Shown piece after piece: positions 40,901-53,236 of a stretch of 64,000 nt of DNA (position 1 is its first letter; each line of letters begins with the position of its first letter). The notes under the pieces are model-generated. The model did not search any database, had not been told where the DNA came from, and was given only the letters and a program-made list of their open reading frames with translations. The stretch comes from Azolla caroliniana (Eukaryota > Plantae > Polypodiophyta), in the NCBI GenBank assembly GCA_043228905.1, contig JBHGNT010000003.1, positions 16,182,001 through 16,246,000 of the forward strand. Direction: 5' to 3'. Position numbers and translations under genes: made by a program.

Positions 40901-43900
40901 GGTGTCTCCCCTTGCTTCTTCAAAGCTTTCCGGCTCCCCCTCAACGGTTAGCAACACATGCTCTGCATCTAGGAATCTTCGGGGGGCTCTCCTCTCCCGG
41001 AGAGGATACCTCTGTCCTTGGTTTCTGATTGCTGGTTCCTCCGTCTTTTCCTCATCCAAATCCGATTCAGGATCTTGTCTGGTTCCGATGTCTTCTTCTT
41101 CTTCTTCTTCTTCGGTTAGTTCGGTTTCCTGCCCGTATCTGGCCGGTTCGTCGAGTGTCATCCGGTTACCGGCTAACATCCAGTTTTCAACCGGGTATAT
41201 CCTTTTGTCCTCAAGCCGGTTTTCAATGGATGATCCGGAGTTCGTTATCTTCTTCTCCGACTCCTAGTCGACAATGGTCCTGTCTTCCATGAAGACTATT
41301 TCTTGACTCCGGAACACCTTTTTGTCGACTAGATCCCACACCCTGTAACCGAACTCATCATCGCCATATCCAAGGAATATGCATGACTGGGACTTCGGAT
41401 CCAGCTTTGCTCTCTTGTCCTTCACCACATGCACGTATACAAGACACCCGAACACCTTCAGATGCCGGTAGGACACATCCTTACCGGTCCATACTTTCTG
41501 CGGTGAGTCTCCGTCCAAGGGTACTGAGGGTGATTTGTTTATCACATAGGTCACCGTCGTCAGCGCCTCAGCCTAAAACGTCTTGGGTAACTTTGCATGT
41601 GCGAGCATGCTCTGAACTCTCTCCATTATGGTCCGGTTTATCCTTTCGGCCAACCCATTTAGTTTCGACGTCTTCGGCACAGTAAACTCGAACCGGATTC
41701 CCTTTGACCGACAGTACTCCTCGAACTTCCCCCGATATTCTCCTCCATTATCTGCTCGAACCGCTTTCAGCTTCCAGCCAATTTCTCTTTCTACTCTCGC
41801 GTGGAACTCCTTGAAGACGGATAACACTTGGTCATTCGTCTTCAACGATGAGACCCACAACTTGCGGCTGTGGTCATCTATGAACGTCACAAAGTACTGC
41901 GATCCAGCATGTGACTTCGTGTCGACTTGACACACATCGGTATGTACCAGCTCTAGTGGTGCATTCCGTCTCATCGGTGGTCTTGACCAGAAGGAGGTGC
42001 GGTTTTGCTTGCCGGCCAGGCAGTCAGTGCACTTCTCAAGTTGCACGTCCTTCACCGGAATGAGATTGTCTTCAACAAGCTTCTTCATCCCCTTCTCACT
42101 CATGTGACACAGTCTTTTGTGCCACAACTCACCGATAGTGTTGGATGCTATGTTCACTTCTTCACGGCGTATCCGAGCATTCATCAAGTACAATGTGTTG
42201 ACCTTTCGGGCTCGAGCCACTATTAAGCTCCCTTTGCAGAACTTCATGACACCGTTCCGAATGCTACTTGTGTAGCCTTTATCATCTAGCCGACCGACTG
42301 ATATCAGGTTTAGTCGAACCTCCGGAATGTGTTGGACATCCTTCAACAAAAACTTGCATCTGGTTGATGTCGTCAACAACACATCTCCTATACCGATATT
42401 CAACATGTCCCTTCATTCCCCATCCGGACACAGCCGTGCTCACCGACTGTGTAGGATGAGAAGCATTTCTGGTCCGGGGTAAGGTGGAACGACGCTCCGG
42501 AGTCGACAACCCATGTTGTCTCGTCAACAGCAAGGTTCAACTCGCTCTCCTTGGTGATGAGCATTAGGTCTTCTTCACTTGCTGTGATCACCGTCGTTCC
42601 CTTCCGGTCTGAGCCTCGCCGATCTGAACCGTTTCGGTCCGGTGACTTCTTCGAATTGGTACTATCGGTTCCCTTGTCCTTCTGGAAATGCTGACAGTTC
42701 TTCTAGAAGTGCCCCGGCTTGCCGCAATAGAAGCAAGTGGGCCTCCCCCTTGACTTTGATCGTGTCCCCGACTTTTCCCGGTTCTGGGGACTCCGATTCC
42801 TTTGTCTTCCGCGTTTCGATTCGGTAAGGAGGGCTTTGGCGTCGGAGATCAACTCCTTGTCTTTCCGACGTGCCTCCTCATCTAGCAAGCTCGACTTGAC
42901 TCTTGCTAGGGATAACTGTTTTGCTTTCGGCCCGGCGTTGCTCAACGTGACAACTAACGTCTCCCAGTTATCTAGGAGGGAACCAAGCAGGAGTAGAGCA
43001 AGTACCTCATCGGTAAGAGGTACTTCCAACGAGGTTGCTTGGTGTATCAGCCCTTGGAAGGCATTCATGTGCTCTGCCATACTGGAGCCGTCTTGGTACC
43101 GGAGCTTCACTAGCTTCCGGAATACAGAAACCCGATTAATAACATTTTTGTTCTGAAACATAATGCCGATCTTCTCCCAGAGCTCATGAGCCTTGCTCTC
43201 TTCATTGAAGTTGTTGTACAAGCTCATGTCGATGAAGCACCGGATGTATGCCATTGTCTTCATGTGCATCACCTCCCACACCGTGGTGTCGATCTTGTCC
43301 GGTCTCTTGTCCCCGAACTGAACCGGCAACCAAAGATCTTTAACCACGAGCATGTCCCTCATCTTCGACTTCCACACTGAGTAGTTGGAGCCGGTGAGCT
43401 TGAACATGCTCCCGTAAGATTCTTCCATTTTCTATGTTGCTCGCTATGATACCACATTCATGAGAAACGCATGGAATGTCGTTCGGTCACAACCGAGTAG
43501 TAAGTCGCTTCTATAAGAATCAAACACAGAAAATGGGAAGTAGAGAGTACACAAGAAAGTGACACAGGATGTTTACGTGGAAAACCCTAATAGGGAAAAA
43601 CCATGGGAGCCCACAGACTCCAAACTATCACTATGAAGAGAAGGGGTACAATTAGAGACTCGGAGGCAACAACCTCGAGCTCTGTTTCTTCACATAGTGG
43701 CGGTTACAATAGAGTATCGCTCTGTATCTCTCTCTCCCTCCCTCTCTCTCTGTACAACAGTTACGACAATATATAACAACAACACAATCACACTCACACC
43801 CTAAAGTGATTGCCCTAAGTCATATTTATAGTTATATGAACTTAGGGGTATTTACAAAGATAGCCTCAATGGGTTTGTTCAAGACATATTTACAAATCTG

Positions 43901-43945
43901 TCTTCTCTTCCGGTTCTCACCGGTTCTCCTCCGGTTTCCGAATCT
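34924..43945 (-). mobile_element. Ty1/Copia element A (Tnt1/Tork-like), full-length but degenerate, carrying a nested element
   Basis: LTRs 34924-35480 and ~43458-43945; Met-type PBS ~43443-43454; PPT at 35481; gag (42703-43428, CFYCGKPGH), protease (WVVDSGAS), integrase (LWHKRLCH..VHTDVC..RADNGGEY), RT (LDVKTAFL..LLYVDDML), RNase H; many stops and frameshifts. Confidence 0.92.
35692..39561 (-). mobile_element. Non-autonomous Gypsy-type LTR element (gag + protease only)
   Basis: Near-identical LTRs 35692-36433 and 38817-39561; TSD GCTGC; PBS TGGCGCTCCAGGG; PPT; gag ORF 37785-38918; protease ALVDSCARVSLI; no intact RT/RH/INT in the ~2.4-kb interior. Confidence 0.9.
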
Positions 43946-46085
43946 CGGTTATACAATCAGTTATACAATCGGTTTACAAATATAGTCACCCGAATCGGTT
44001 ATACAATCGATTCTCGGCCTTGGCCTATTGGCCTCAGACGAATTACCCATTGGTTCCATCTGATTCGGCTCGTATTGTGCTTCCCATCCGAAGGGACCTG
44101 TTTTCCCAGCAAACTCCCCCTTCAGTCCGGAATGAGGTACTTCACCAATCCGACCCTCTGTGAGCACTCGTTCAACTTCTCTACTAACATCACTTTAGTC
44201 AGCATGTCCGATCCATTTTCAGCCATGTGGATCTTCATCAGAGCAAACTCTTTTTCTTGTACTCACGCTCGGAGCCAATGATATCTCCTCTGGGTGTGTT
44301 TGGTCCTCGATTGGTAGGGGACATTTTTCACAAGGCGGATGACACTCTGGTTATAGTAATGGAGTTGGAATTCCTCTTGCTGAATTTCCAACACTCCTAT
44401 GAACTCCTTCATCCATATTGTCTCCTTGCCGCATTCCGCGGCGGCCATATACTCGGCTTCCGTGGTCGAAAACGCTACGAACTTCTGCAACCTCGACTGC
44501 CACGAGACGACTCCCCCTGCATAAGTCATCACGTATTCGGATGTGGATCGACTGATATCCACATCAACTGACATGTCCAAATCAGTGTAACCTTCTAGAG
44601 CCGAATTGGGGGCACATGCTCGAGGTACCTTTCAAGTACCGAAGTATCCATTTAACCATTGTCGCGGTATTCCGTGTGCACGTGTCGGCTTGGATGGGAC
44701 CATGGGGGTCTCGGACTAGAGATATAGATGATGGAGGTCTTGCTCTCAATGAGCCTCAACCCTTTGGCTTTCCATTCGCATCGGTTTCCGGCCGAATCGG
44801 TATCTCGTTCTGAATGGATCGACCCGGATCGGCCTCTGGCCAACGAAGATTCCGGGTTCGATAAGACGATTAACTGTGAACAAGGACCCAACTCTAATAG
44901 GTGAAAACAAGAGGAATATACACAAATATATATATTTCACAAATGTTTTACAATGAATCGGTTTACATGCCACGAATCCGGTGGTTATTACAATACAATA
45001 GGCTAATACAACAATGTTAGGAAGTGGGAACCGACGAAGGTGAGTCAAGTGGGCCACCGGAACCGCGACGTCCACCATTGGTCACGCCCCAAAGACGGTG
45101 GAGTGTTCTCGTGCCACTTTGCCCTGCCTTCTCGAAGCGGCCGCTACACAAAATGCTCACCATTGAGGGAAGGAAGCCGAACAACCACGTCCCGCCACTG
45201 GAATGCTGAAGAGCCGTCGTTGTAGAAACCCCAAACCAAAACCAAACTCTCACACGAAAAAGAAGAAGAGAGTAACACCGAAACCCTAAACTGCACAAAT
45301 GCTAACTCATGCAAAGAACCGAAACCCTAAATCTCCCACGAACTCTCACAAGATGAAGAACCAAAACGGAACACTAAACCTCCACTTAAAAGAAGGAACC
45401 AAACCCACGAGACAACGACGAAGAAGAACTCAAACGAAACCCTAAAACGAAATAGGGTAAAGAAGACCGAAGTAGAAACCCTAAGACAATAAGAAAAAGA
45501 AAACTACCAAACCCTTGATCTAACGGTACACCCTCCTAACTCAAAATGGGCGACCCCTTAATAAGAGCCTCCTCACCTCCTTTTATAGTTTAAGGAGAGA
45601 GGGACATTACAATGTGGGAGGCCCCCTATTCCTCCCCTCCCTTTCTCTCATTAATATCTACATTTTATCGAGGAGGAAGTGCAAACGGTGCACATCTCCA
45701 TTTTATTCGCTCCACCTGATTTCCTCACCATAGCCGAAAGTCTTCACAATATCCACCCCCACCAAATTGCACATCCATCAACATGTATTGGGCTGAAAAT
45801 CCTCATGACACCGCTGCCCAATGCTCTCTTTCGGGATTGCTTATTTATCAGCTGAAAACTCCGACAACGTATTCGATGTCCATCCTGGTACAAACCATTG
45901 CATGCATCAAGCTTCCGATTGCTGAGGCATAAGGGACTTTTAACCTCTTGGCCTTCTTGGCTTTTGATTTCAAACATTGATATTTACTTAGCTTACAATT
46001 TGTCGATAGTGTCGAGCCGACCAGTTTCATGCTTTCCATGCCGAATCTCTAGAGCACTTTTGTCACGTACTTCTCCTGTGACAAC
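43946..46085 (-). mobile_element. Copia element B remnant (LTR end, PPT, RNase H, RT part)
   Basis: RSTSEYVMTYAGGVVSWQSRLQK..STTEAEY; VPYASAIGSLM; interrupted at 44660-45810. Confidence 0.8.
44660..45810. mobile_element. Solo LTR (~1.15 kb) inserted in Copia B RT
   Basis: TGTCGCG...CATGACA inverted termini; Copia RT resumes on both sides; TSD degenerate (ccat/ccgc). Confidence 0.7.
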
Positions 46086-46804
46086 CCCTCGTCCTCCCAA
46101 TACCAATCCTCTTCGTGCAGGGGTCTTTCATTATAATGGGGATGCCCCTCGTCCTTATATCGATCCATTTGCCGAAAGCGATCATCCGGATGTAGTCAGT
46201 TGTTTTGTGGTTCAATCCATCAAACCAGTGTCGCGGGTCTGTTTAGGAGATTATATTCATGTTGTTCTAGTGTATGGGCCCTAGAATGGCAGATTAGGCA
46301 GTGCAAGTGCAAGGTGCATTTGAAATTTGAATGACCGGAGTATAAGCATGTCGTACATTGAACTGTGTGTTGAAAGCGCACTTCGTCATCCTTAGGCAGG
46401 GCTCACTATAATGCTGTCATGGACTTGCTGTCGCTAGTCTACGCATAGTCCATGATAAGTACGTGATCAATGACTTCTTTAGGTGTTTTCCCCGTGAAAT
46501 CTACAATGGTGAAGGTCATCTGAAGGGGCTTGTGAAGAGCCGACAGAAATGTCTCTTTAAACTCGTCCGCTAGGGGTGGCCGTGTCAGCTATCGCCGAAG
46601 ACTTTGGAAGCGTATAACGAATTCCGGAATGGTTTCGTGGGCATCCTAACAAATAGCATAAACTTGACTCATCAGATCGTGTTGTGGGATCCAACAATGA
46701 AACAGTCGGAGGAACTTGTTCTTTAAATGTTCGAAATCTGGGAATTTGACTAGGTTGTGTTGCGAATATCAATTCGTTGGCTGCTTGTCTAGGGATAACC
46801 TAAA

Positions 46805-47313
46805 TTGCACACAATTAAGGTTTCCATCATGGGGTTTATATGGTCAGGTAAGGACAACCCAATGGTGACTGCCAGAGTGTGATGGCGCTAGTTAACGCAA
46901 GCACGGGCCAACAGGGGACTTGGCCTCATAGACCCCTTAACACAGAGCTGAGAATTCCTAACCAAAATCGTGGCTCGGTGCCTCCTGCTAGGTAAGGAGT
47001 GTTGGAAGGTACAAGTACGATAGGCCTTGGCATGACTCCTTGAACTGGTGTTGCACGAGCGGAGTCCCACCCAAGATGACATGTCAACCGGAGGATAAGG
47101 TAATGAACTCCATCTTGCGGGCATGGTGTTACATGCGACAATAGTTGGTCAAGCACACCTTGGAGACACTAATTGAATGGACTAGACAACCATTATTTTG
47201 GAATTCTCAAGTGTGAACAAGTGATGACATGATGTTAGGGAAACTTAAGGGCTTAGTATGGGGAAAGTTAGCGTAGACAGGGGTCCACTCTATAGGCAAT
47301 TGGAGATGGATGG
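46805..47313 (+). repeat. Duplicate of L1 segment 26130-26630
   Basis: Collinear, diverged copy (taaggtttccatc...gggtccactctatagg..tggagatg.atgg). Confidence 0.9.
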
Positions 47314-47829
47314 TGTTACCGACCTAGGGTCACACGATGCCGGATACTCATTCCTTCAGTATCCGACTCAAGGTGTTGTGGCTGGGGAATGGTAGTATCG
47401 GTGAGACTTTTAGTGAAGCCTATCCGCAAGTATTACCTACATGAACCAAACTAATATGACTGTGGATACTGAAAACGAGCCGGCTACAACCGCCTTGTGT
47501 CGTGCATGATACATAGATGCACTCAAGATGCTCAACACAGATAGAAACTTGGACCCAAATTACAAAGACAGAGTATAAGCAAAACAAATTTCTATTAACA
47601 AAACACAACTCAATATATTGTTGTTTGATTGCCCATTACATTCTTTCCATGTCCCTTTTTATAGGGATCATGGGCTGTTACGTTTAGAGCGTGAATCGCT
47701 ACTACTAATAATATCTAGGTGTTGTTCAAGTCTTTACTCTTTACTTCTAGTTTGGCTCCACCCGTCTTCCATTCGGTTCATAACCGTTCCTTGGCCTTTT
47801 CACACTTGGGTTGTCCGAACCGACCAACA
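47314..47829 (+). mobile_element. LTR (second copy of 27374-27889)
   Basis: TGTTACC...CAACA flanked by GATGG/CATGG. Confidence 0.85.
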
Positions 47830-49260
47830 CATGGTGGCTCTAGGAGGAGCATGGGAGGGCCCATTCCCTCACTTCAAGGGAACTATGAAAATGAGGATAT
47901 TGATAACAGAGACAATTGATAGGGTTCCGGTTGGGGAGGTGAGAGGAGATGCATGGTTCAATCTCTTTGATGAGGTTGTAATAGTTAAGTTGCTAAAGAG
48001 CTTGCACGGATTTGGAGAGCTACATTATTTATGGAGAGCAAGAACAGGGGCACTTGGCACCCAATTTGAGTGGTGACGTAGGTTGGTAACATTTGGAAGA
48101 CAGATCCGGATGTTGCTAAGGTGGAACCCCACTGGAAGTTGTGGGTCTACAATTGTTGTCACCTCGCGGAACTAGAATCGAGCCTAGGGGATTTCAGGTT
48201 GTAACACGACATCGTACATCGTCACTTCTTTGAATACAACACTAAATTGGGTCGGACTTTACAACTGCAGTTAGAAAGTCCCCTATGCAATGGCTGGCGG
48301 ACATTGGGCATCCCTGATGAGGTGCTCAATACCTTTTGGAAGGGTCTCTAGCATCTCCACGTGCCTGAAAAGATCAAGCTCTTTTGGTGGCATATTGGCC
48401 ATAACGTGGTCCCTGTTGGTGAAAGGCTAGGTAAATGTGGTGGCCCGATAGTTTGCCCAGTTTGCTCTTCACCTATTGAGACTCTAAGACATTGTTTGTT
48501 GGATTGTCCTCAAGCTCAAAGTGAATGGGATAGAGTGACTCGCCTCCTTGCTCCAAGTGAAGTGGAAGGGACAACATTGTGGAGCGTTATGGCTTGGATC
48601 GATCACTTGGTTGATAGCTGGACAAATCCCTTCAATGCAGACAATTGGTTCTATGAATGCACGAGAGGTAAAATCATCATGAACTGATTTGAGAGAGGCT
48701 TGAAGACCGTATCCCCTCAATTCTGGGAGATTTGGATATTGATCGCAGGCTTCACCTTGTGGTATGTATGACGCTGCCTAAAGGTCTTTCAAGATTTGGT
48801 ACGCCCCCTAGAGGAACTGATCATGGATATATGGTTCATGATTATCAGCTACCTATGATGGCAATTGGATGATGTTTGCGGCCACGCTAAGGACGTGGTC
48901 ACTGTCCGTTTGCAGTTCTAATAGAAATGGTAGAACACATTGATGGTGACGCAAGGAGGAAATGGCCCTAGGTGGAACTACTAGCCCCCAGGCTGGCTAT
49001 TTCGTACTCACCTCCCACCCTCCCTTCATTGTAGGCCACAGGATTTGACTCATATTGGCTGGTGCCAAAGAGCACTGTTTATAGCCATAGGTATCTACTT
49101 ACATTAAGTAGTTAGTTCGAAAGACTATGTACGTAGTCTCATATTCTTGAAGTCGGTTAGAGGGTGATTCCCTTATTTGTGTATAAGCCACCTTGTATAG
49201 TCTTTCTGTAATAATCTCTCCTAACTAATGGGAAAGTAGTTTCATTTTGGAAAAAAAAAA
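47830..49260 (+). mobile_element. L1 3' part with zf-RVT remnant and poly(A) tail
   Basis: PEKIKLFWWHIGHNVVP..CPVCSSPIETLRHCLLDCPQAQ (zf-RVT-like); A10 at 49251-49260. Confidence 0.85.
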
Positions 49261-49547
49261 TACACCACTCAACACTTTGTGCACTCCTCAAGTACTAATG
49301 CATGAAAGCAGTTTGAAATGCAAAGGATTCTATAGTTCATTGGTAGAATTCAAGGAAGCTTTTAGTATGAATGCCTTGTGAGCATATATTGGAGATGCAT
49401 GGAGGACCTTAGGGTACCAATTGTATATATGTTTGCAATTGATTAAAATCAAATGATGGCGATAAGTCATATGTGTATGGTAGATAAATTTTTTGAATTT
49501 ATTCAATAATATTATCAATTTGAAGGAAGGATGCCTACGCTCATAAA

Positions 49548-50315
49548 TGACAGGAACTGCACGCTCCCTATACACAACGCTCGGCCACAACCGAGCTTAG
49601 AATCATACACAGAAAACGGGAAATAAAGCACGACACGAAGAAGAGAAGAGTACGCAGGATGTTTACGTGGAAAACCCAAACTAAGGGAAAAACCACGACA
49701 ACCCACAGGCTGCAAACTATCACTATGTTAGAATGTACAACAGTGAGTTCACGGAGGCAACGACCTCATGCTCACGATCCTCGCCACAGGCGGCGGTTAC
49801 AATAGAGGCAACGACCTCTTTCTCTCTCTCTCTCTCTCTGTACACAGTTACACGCTCTCTCTTTCCTTGCACCAACAAGAATGACAACCACAACTAAAAG
49901 TTTGCCCTAAGTCATATTTATACTAATATGACATTTCGGCTATTTACAAATATAGCCATGATGGACTCTCAGAAACATATTTACAAATATGTCTCTTCAT
50001 CCGGTGAGCACTCCTCACCGGGTCTGCACCATCCGGCTCTCCGTAGCCGGGCACTCCTCATCCGGTTCTCACCGGATCTGCACCATCCGGCTCTCTGTAG
50101 CCAGGTACTCCTCATCCGGTTCTCACCGGGTCTGCACCATTCGGCTCTCCGTAGCCGGGTACTCATCATCCGGTTCTCACCGGGTCTGCACCATCCGGCT
50201 CTCCGTAGCCGGGTACTCGTCATCCGGTTTCGGCCTCGGCCTATTGGCCTCGGCCGAGTTTGTTCATCAGCATTGTTCTTCTCCCTTCCCATCCGGAGGG
50301 ACCTGTCTCCCAACA
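49548..50315 (-). mobile_element. Copia-type solo LTR with internal 48-bp tandem repeats
   Basis: TG...CA; TSD ATAAA; shares motifs with family A LTRs; ~4.5 units of 48 bp at ~50000-50230. Confidence 0.88.
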
Positions 50316-50349
50316 ATAAACTCTCCTTTTTTTATGAATCGATGAATTG

Positions 50350-50830
50350 GAACAAATGATAAATGAGTTTGTACAACCAGAAAGCATTGTAGAACTTGCC
50401 AATATAGCTACAATGTTTTTTTACTAAACATAGATGATGTGTTGTTATTTGCAAATGTGTTAGAAAATGCAAAAGCTATGACTGTATTGAAAACTTGTGC
50501 ATGTACATTAAGTTGAGAGCCAAAAGCTCGAAAATGAAAGACGTGTTTATGAATACCCAAAATATGGATAAACTATACATTATATACAATAATTGGTCTG
50601 TTTGAAATCAAATGGAATGAATGAGATACTATGTGCTGGACAACATATACAATGGTAGAGAAATAAAATATTAGGTTCAAGAAATATTTTTTGGACAATT
50701 TTGTAACGCCACTACTTGTCCATGGGGTTGAAGTATAAGGTGGTAACATCCCTAGATACATCCAAAAGCACTTTTTAATGATGATGTTGCATGTGTGATA
50801 CCATCAGGGACGTGAATAAAGAAGGTGGCT
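50350..50830 (+). mobile_element. Very degenerate RTE-X-like RT remnant
   Basis: LLNIDDVLLFANVLEN and LVTPLLVHGVEV resemble the RT of the 2951 ORF. Confidence 0.45.
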
Positions 50831-51229
50831 TATTGATGAAGGATCGTGGGAGTTAATAGTGAAGTTTGCACTTCTTTTGTTTTCTTCAAGTTGACTTGAC
50901 CCTTGTAAGCACACACTATGTGTGTGGGAACTATATTTATACTTGGTGATTGTGCGCGCCAAAATGTGCAAGCATGTTTGAAAGTGTTGTGCGAGCATAT
51001 ATGTGTCTTCATGATTTTTTTGAAAGTGTGTGTTTTTGTTTGTAATGTTTTTGTTGAGAATCAAACTCAACTTCTCTAGTGTGGGAACACACTTTAGTAC
51101 TACCTCCTAGTATAGTAATTAGTGTGTCATAGAACTATAAGATTCTATGACACATATCTAGTGTAGTTAAGTCTCCACCTCTCTTTAGTAAGTGGTGGTT
51201 GTAGAAAGATAATATAGAGAGAAGATGAC

Positions 51230-52345
51230 TATATATAAGCACCTCTCCTCTTCCTTGTAAACTGTTGGTTCATTCTTGTACTCTTCCTCTTATTAATACA
51301 ATTTTTCCTTGTTTTCTGTATGCGTCGAGCTCTCTTTGAACTCCCCCTTGTTGCCACCTTCCATCTCTTGGGTCTTCTGTTGGTTCTCGAACGCAACTGC
51401 CCAAGTCTCTGGAACCAGTGTGGCGAAAGTCTTGTCATTGCCATCATTCACCATCGACTCGTCCATATCTATCTTCGCCTCGATGTTTTGCACATCGTCT
51501 TGGTCCTTCCCCTTACTGCCACCTTCCATCTCTTGGGTCTCACGTTGGCTCTCTACATTTGCCCAAGTCTCCGGAACTTGTGAGAAGGAATCCTCGACGC
51601 GGCCATCTGCCATTAATTCTTCCATAGCCACCTCTGACTCGATGTCATTTTTCGTGGCTATCTCTTCAATCTCATGGGCCTCGTACCCATTGACCCTCTT
51701 GATCGAGCAAGCTTTGATCATGCTTCTCTTTTGGTCGCATGTATTCGTTTCGACCTTTGGCTCCTCGCTAACACCTTCCATCTCTTGGGTCTCACGTTGG
51801 TTCTTGGACGCAACTACCCAAGTCTCTGGAACATGTGTGGAGAAAATCCGGTCGTGATTGTTGTCGATGCTTATTGTCTTCTCGTCTATCCATCATGTCC
51901 ATGGCTTTTAAGAAGTAGAAAGTCTTGTCCTCCTCAAACAACACTTGGTTTGTGTTGGGGAGACGACTAAACATTTGGTCGAATTCGTCATACACCCTCG
52001 AGGTGCTCATCTTCTTATTTTTCTTTTCTATCCACTTCATCAAGGCATGTCGAGTCATCCTCGACAACTCTTCCATCGCAAACTCCGCTAATATTGCTCT
52101 CTCGAACTTGGATCATGTTGTCTTGCCTTCTTGAAGCTCGATGACGCATTGTCATGAAGATTCTGGGCTACAGTGAGAAATCGGGAGATATTGGAGGAAT
52201 CGGCAAGGTGCACCATGTGCACCCGCTCTTGTAGAACTTGTATAGGGAATAGGGCGCCTTTATGGCGCCGAACAGTAATAAAGTCGGGACGGAGGATCCC
52301 ATGTTTCACGGGAATTATCCCACATAGTCACGCGACCCTCACCTT
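51230..52345 (-). mobile_element. Degenerate Gypsy gag remnant related to the 52937-60277 element
   Basis: LSRMTRHALMKWIEK..EEDKTFYFLKAMD resembles MSRMTRRPFMDWVES..PDKVILFLQATN; three internal PETWA..QETQEMEG repeats. Confidence 0.6.
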
Positions 52346-53236
52346 GTTCTATAAAAGGGAGGGCGTGCTTCTTGTACAGGGGTTCCCACCCGTTGGGTCC
52401 CAAACAGTTTTGTTACTCACTGTTCCTTGTCTTTGAGGTTCCATTTAGTGTTAATAAGCTTCTGTGTATAACATCTGTTTTTGTCTCCTCTTCATCTTGG
52501 TGTGTGGGTGCGTTGTCTTTGTTTTCTGTTAGGGTTTCGGGGTCTTCTCTGTGCATGCATAGGCGGTGTGTTCGGTCGTGGCAGGCGGCGTGCAGACTGT
52601 CTGTGCTTATCCCTAAGTTCCTGCCTGTTGGCTCTCAACACTCTATTGTCCGTCATGTCGCCGAGTGTGTGTAGGTGTTGGCCTTGACGAGAAATATGCG
52701 GAATAATCTCCGGCCACAACCGAAGCGTAGATCACTTGATGACAATCAAACACAGAAGAAATGGGGATGGAGGTAAGTACACAAACAGAAAGAGAATACA
52801 CAGGATGTTAACGTGGAAAACCCTGAGAGGGAAAAACCACGGGAGTCCATAGACTCCAAACTATCACTATGTCGAGGAGTACCACAGGGAGCACAGAGGC
52901 AACGACCTCTTGCTCACAATCTTCACCTGGTGGCGGTGTCGGGGTAGTTGTGGTTCGTGCGGCGAAGTCGCAGGGACTAAGGTTAAGGGGAGTTCAAGGA
53001 ACTTTTATAAGGCTTGCGCGCAAATGTTAGGAAGATAAAGGATATGAAGAATAATAGTTTAAAGTAATATGTGTGAGAGAGAGACTAGTATAGATAAAAG
53101 ATAGAGGCAATGTATGATTCAAGACGCAAGATAGAGACAAAGTATGATTTAAGACAGAAAAGTATATGATATGTATTACGAATACAAGAATTTACCAACT
53201 TCACAATGTTTGGTAGCAAGATGAACCCTTTCTCTA

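Noticed and set aside
39772-43380. Plus-strand ORFs opposite Copia pol
   Set aside because: Antisense shadows of GC-rich retroelement coding sequence with no independent motifs
49928-50359. Repetitive ORFs on both strands
   Set aside because: They arise from 48-bp tandem repeats within a solo LTR
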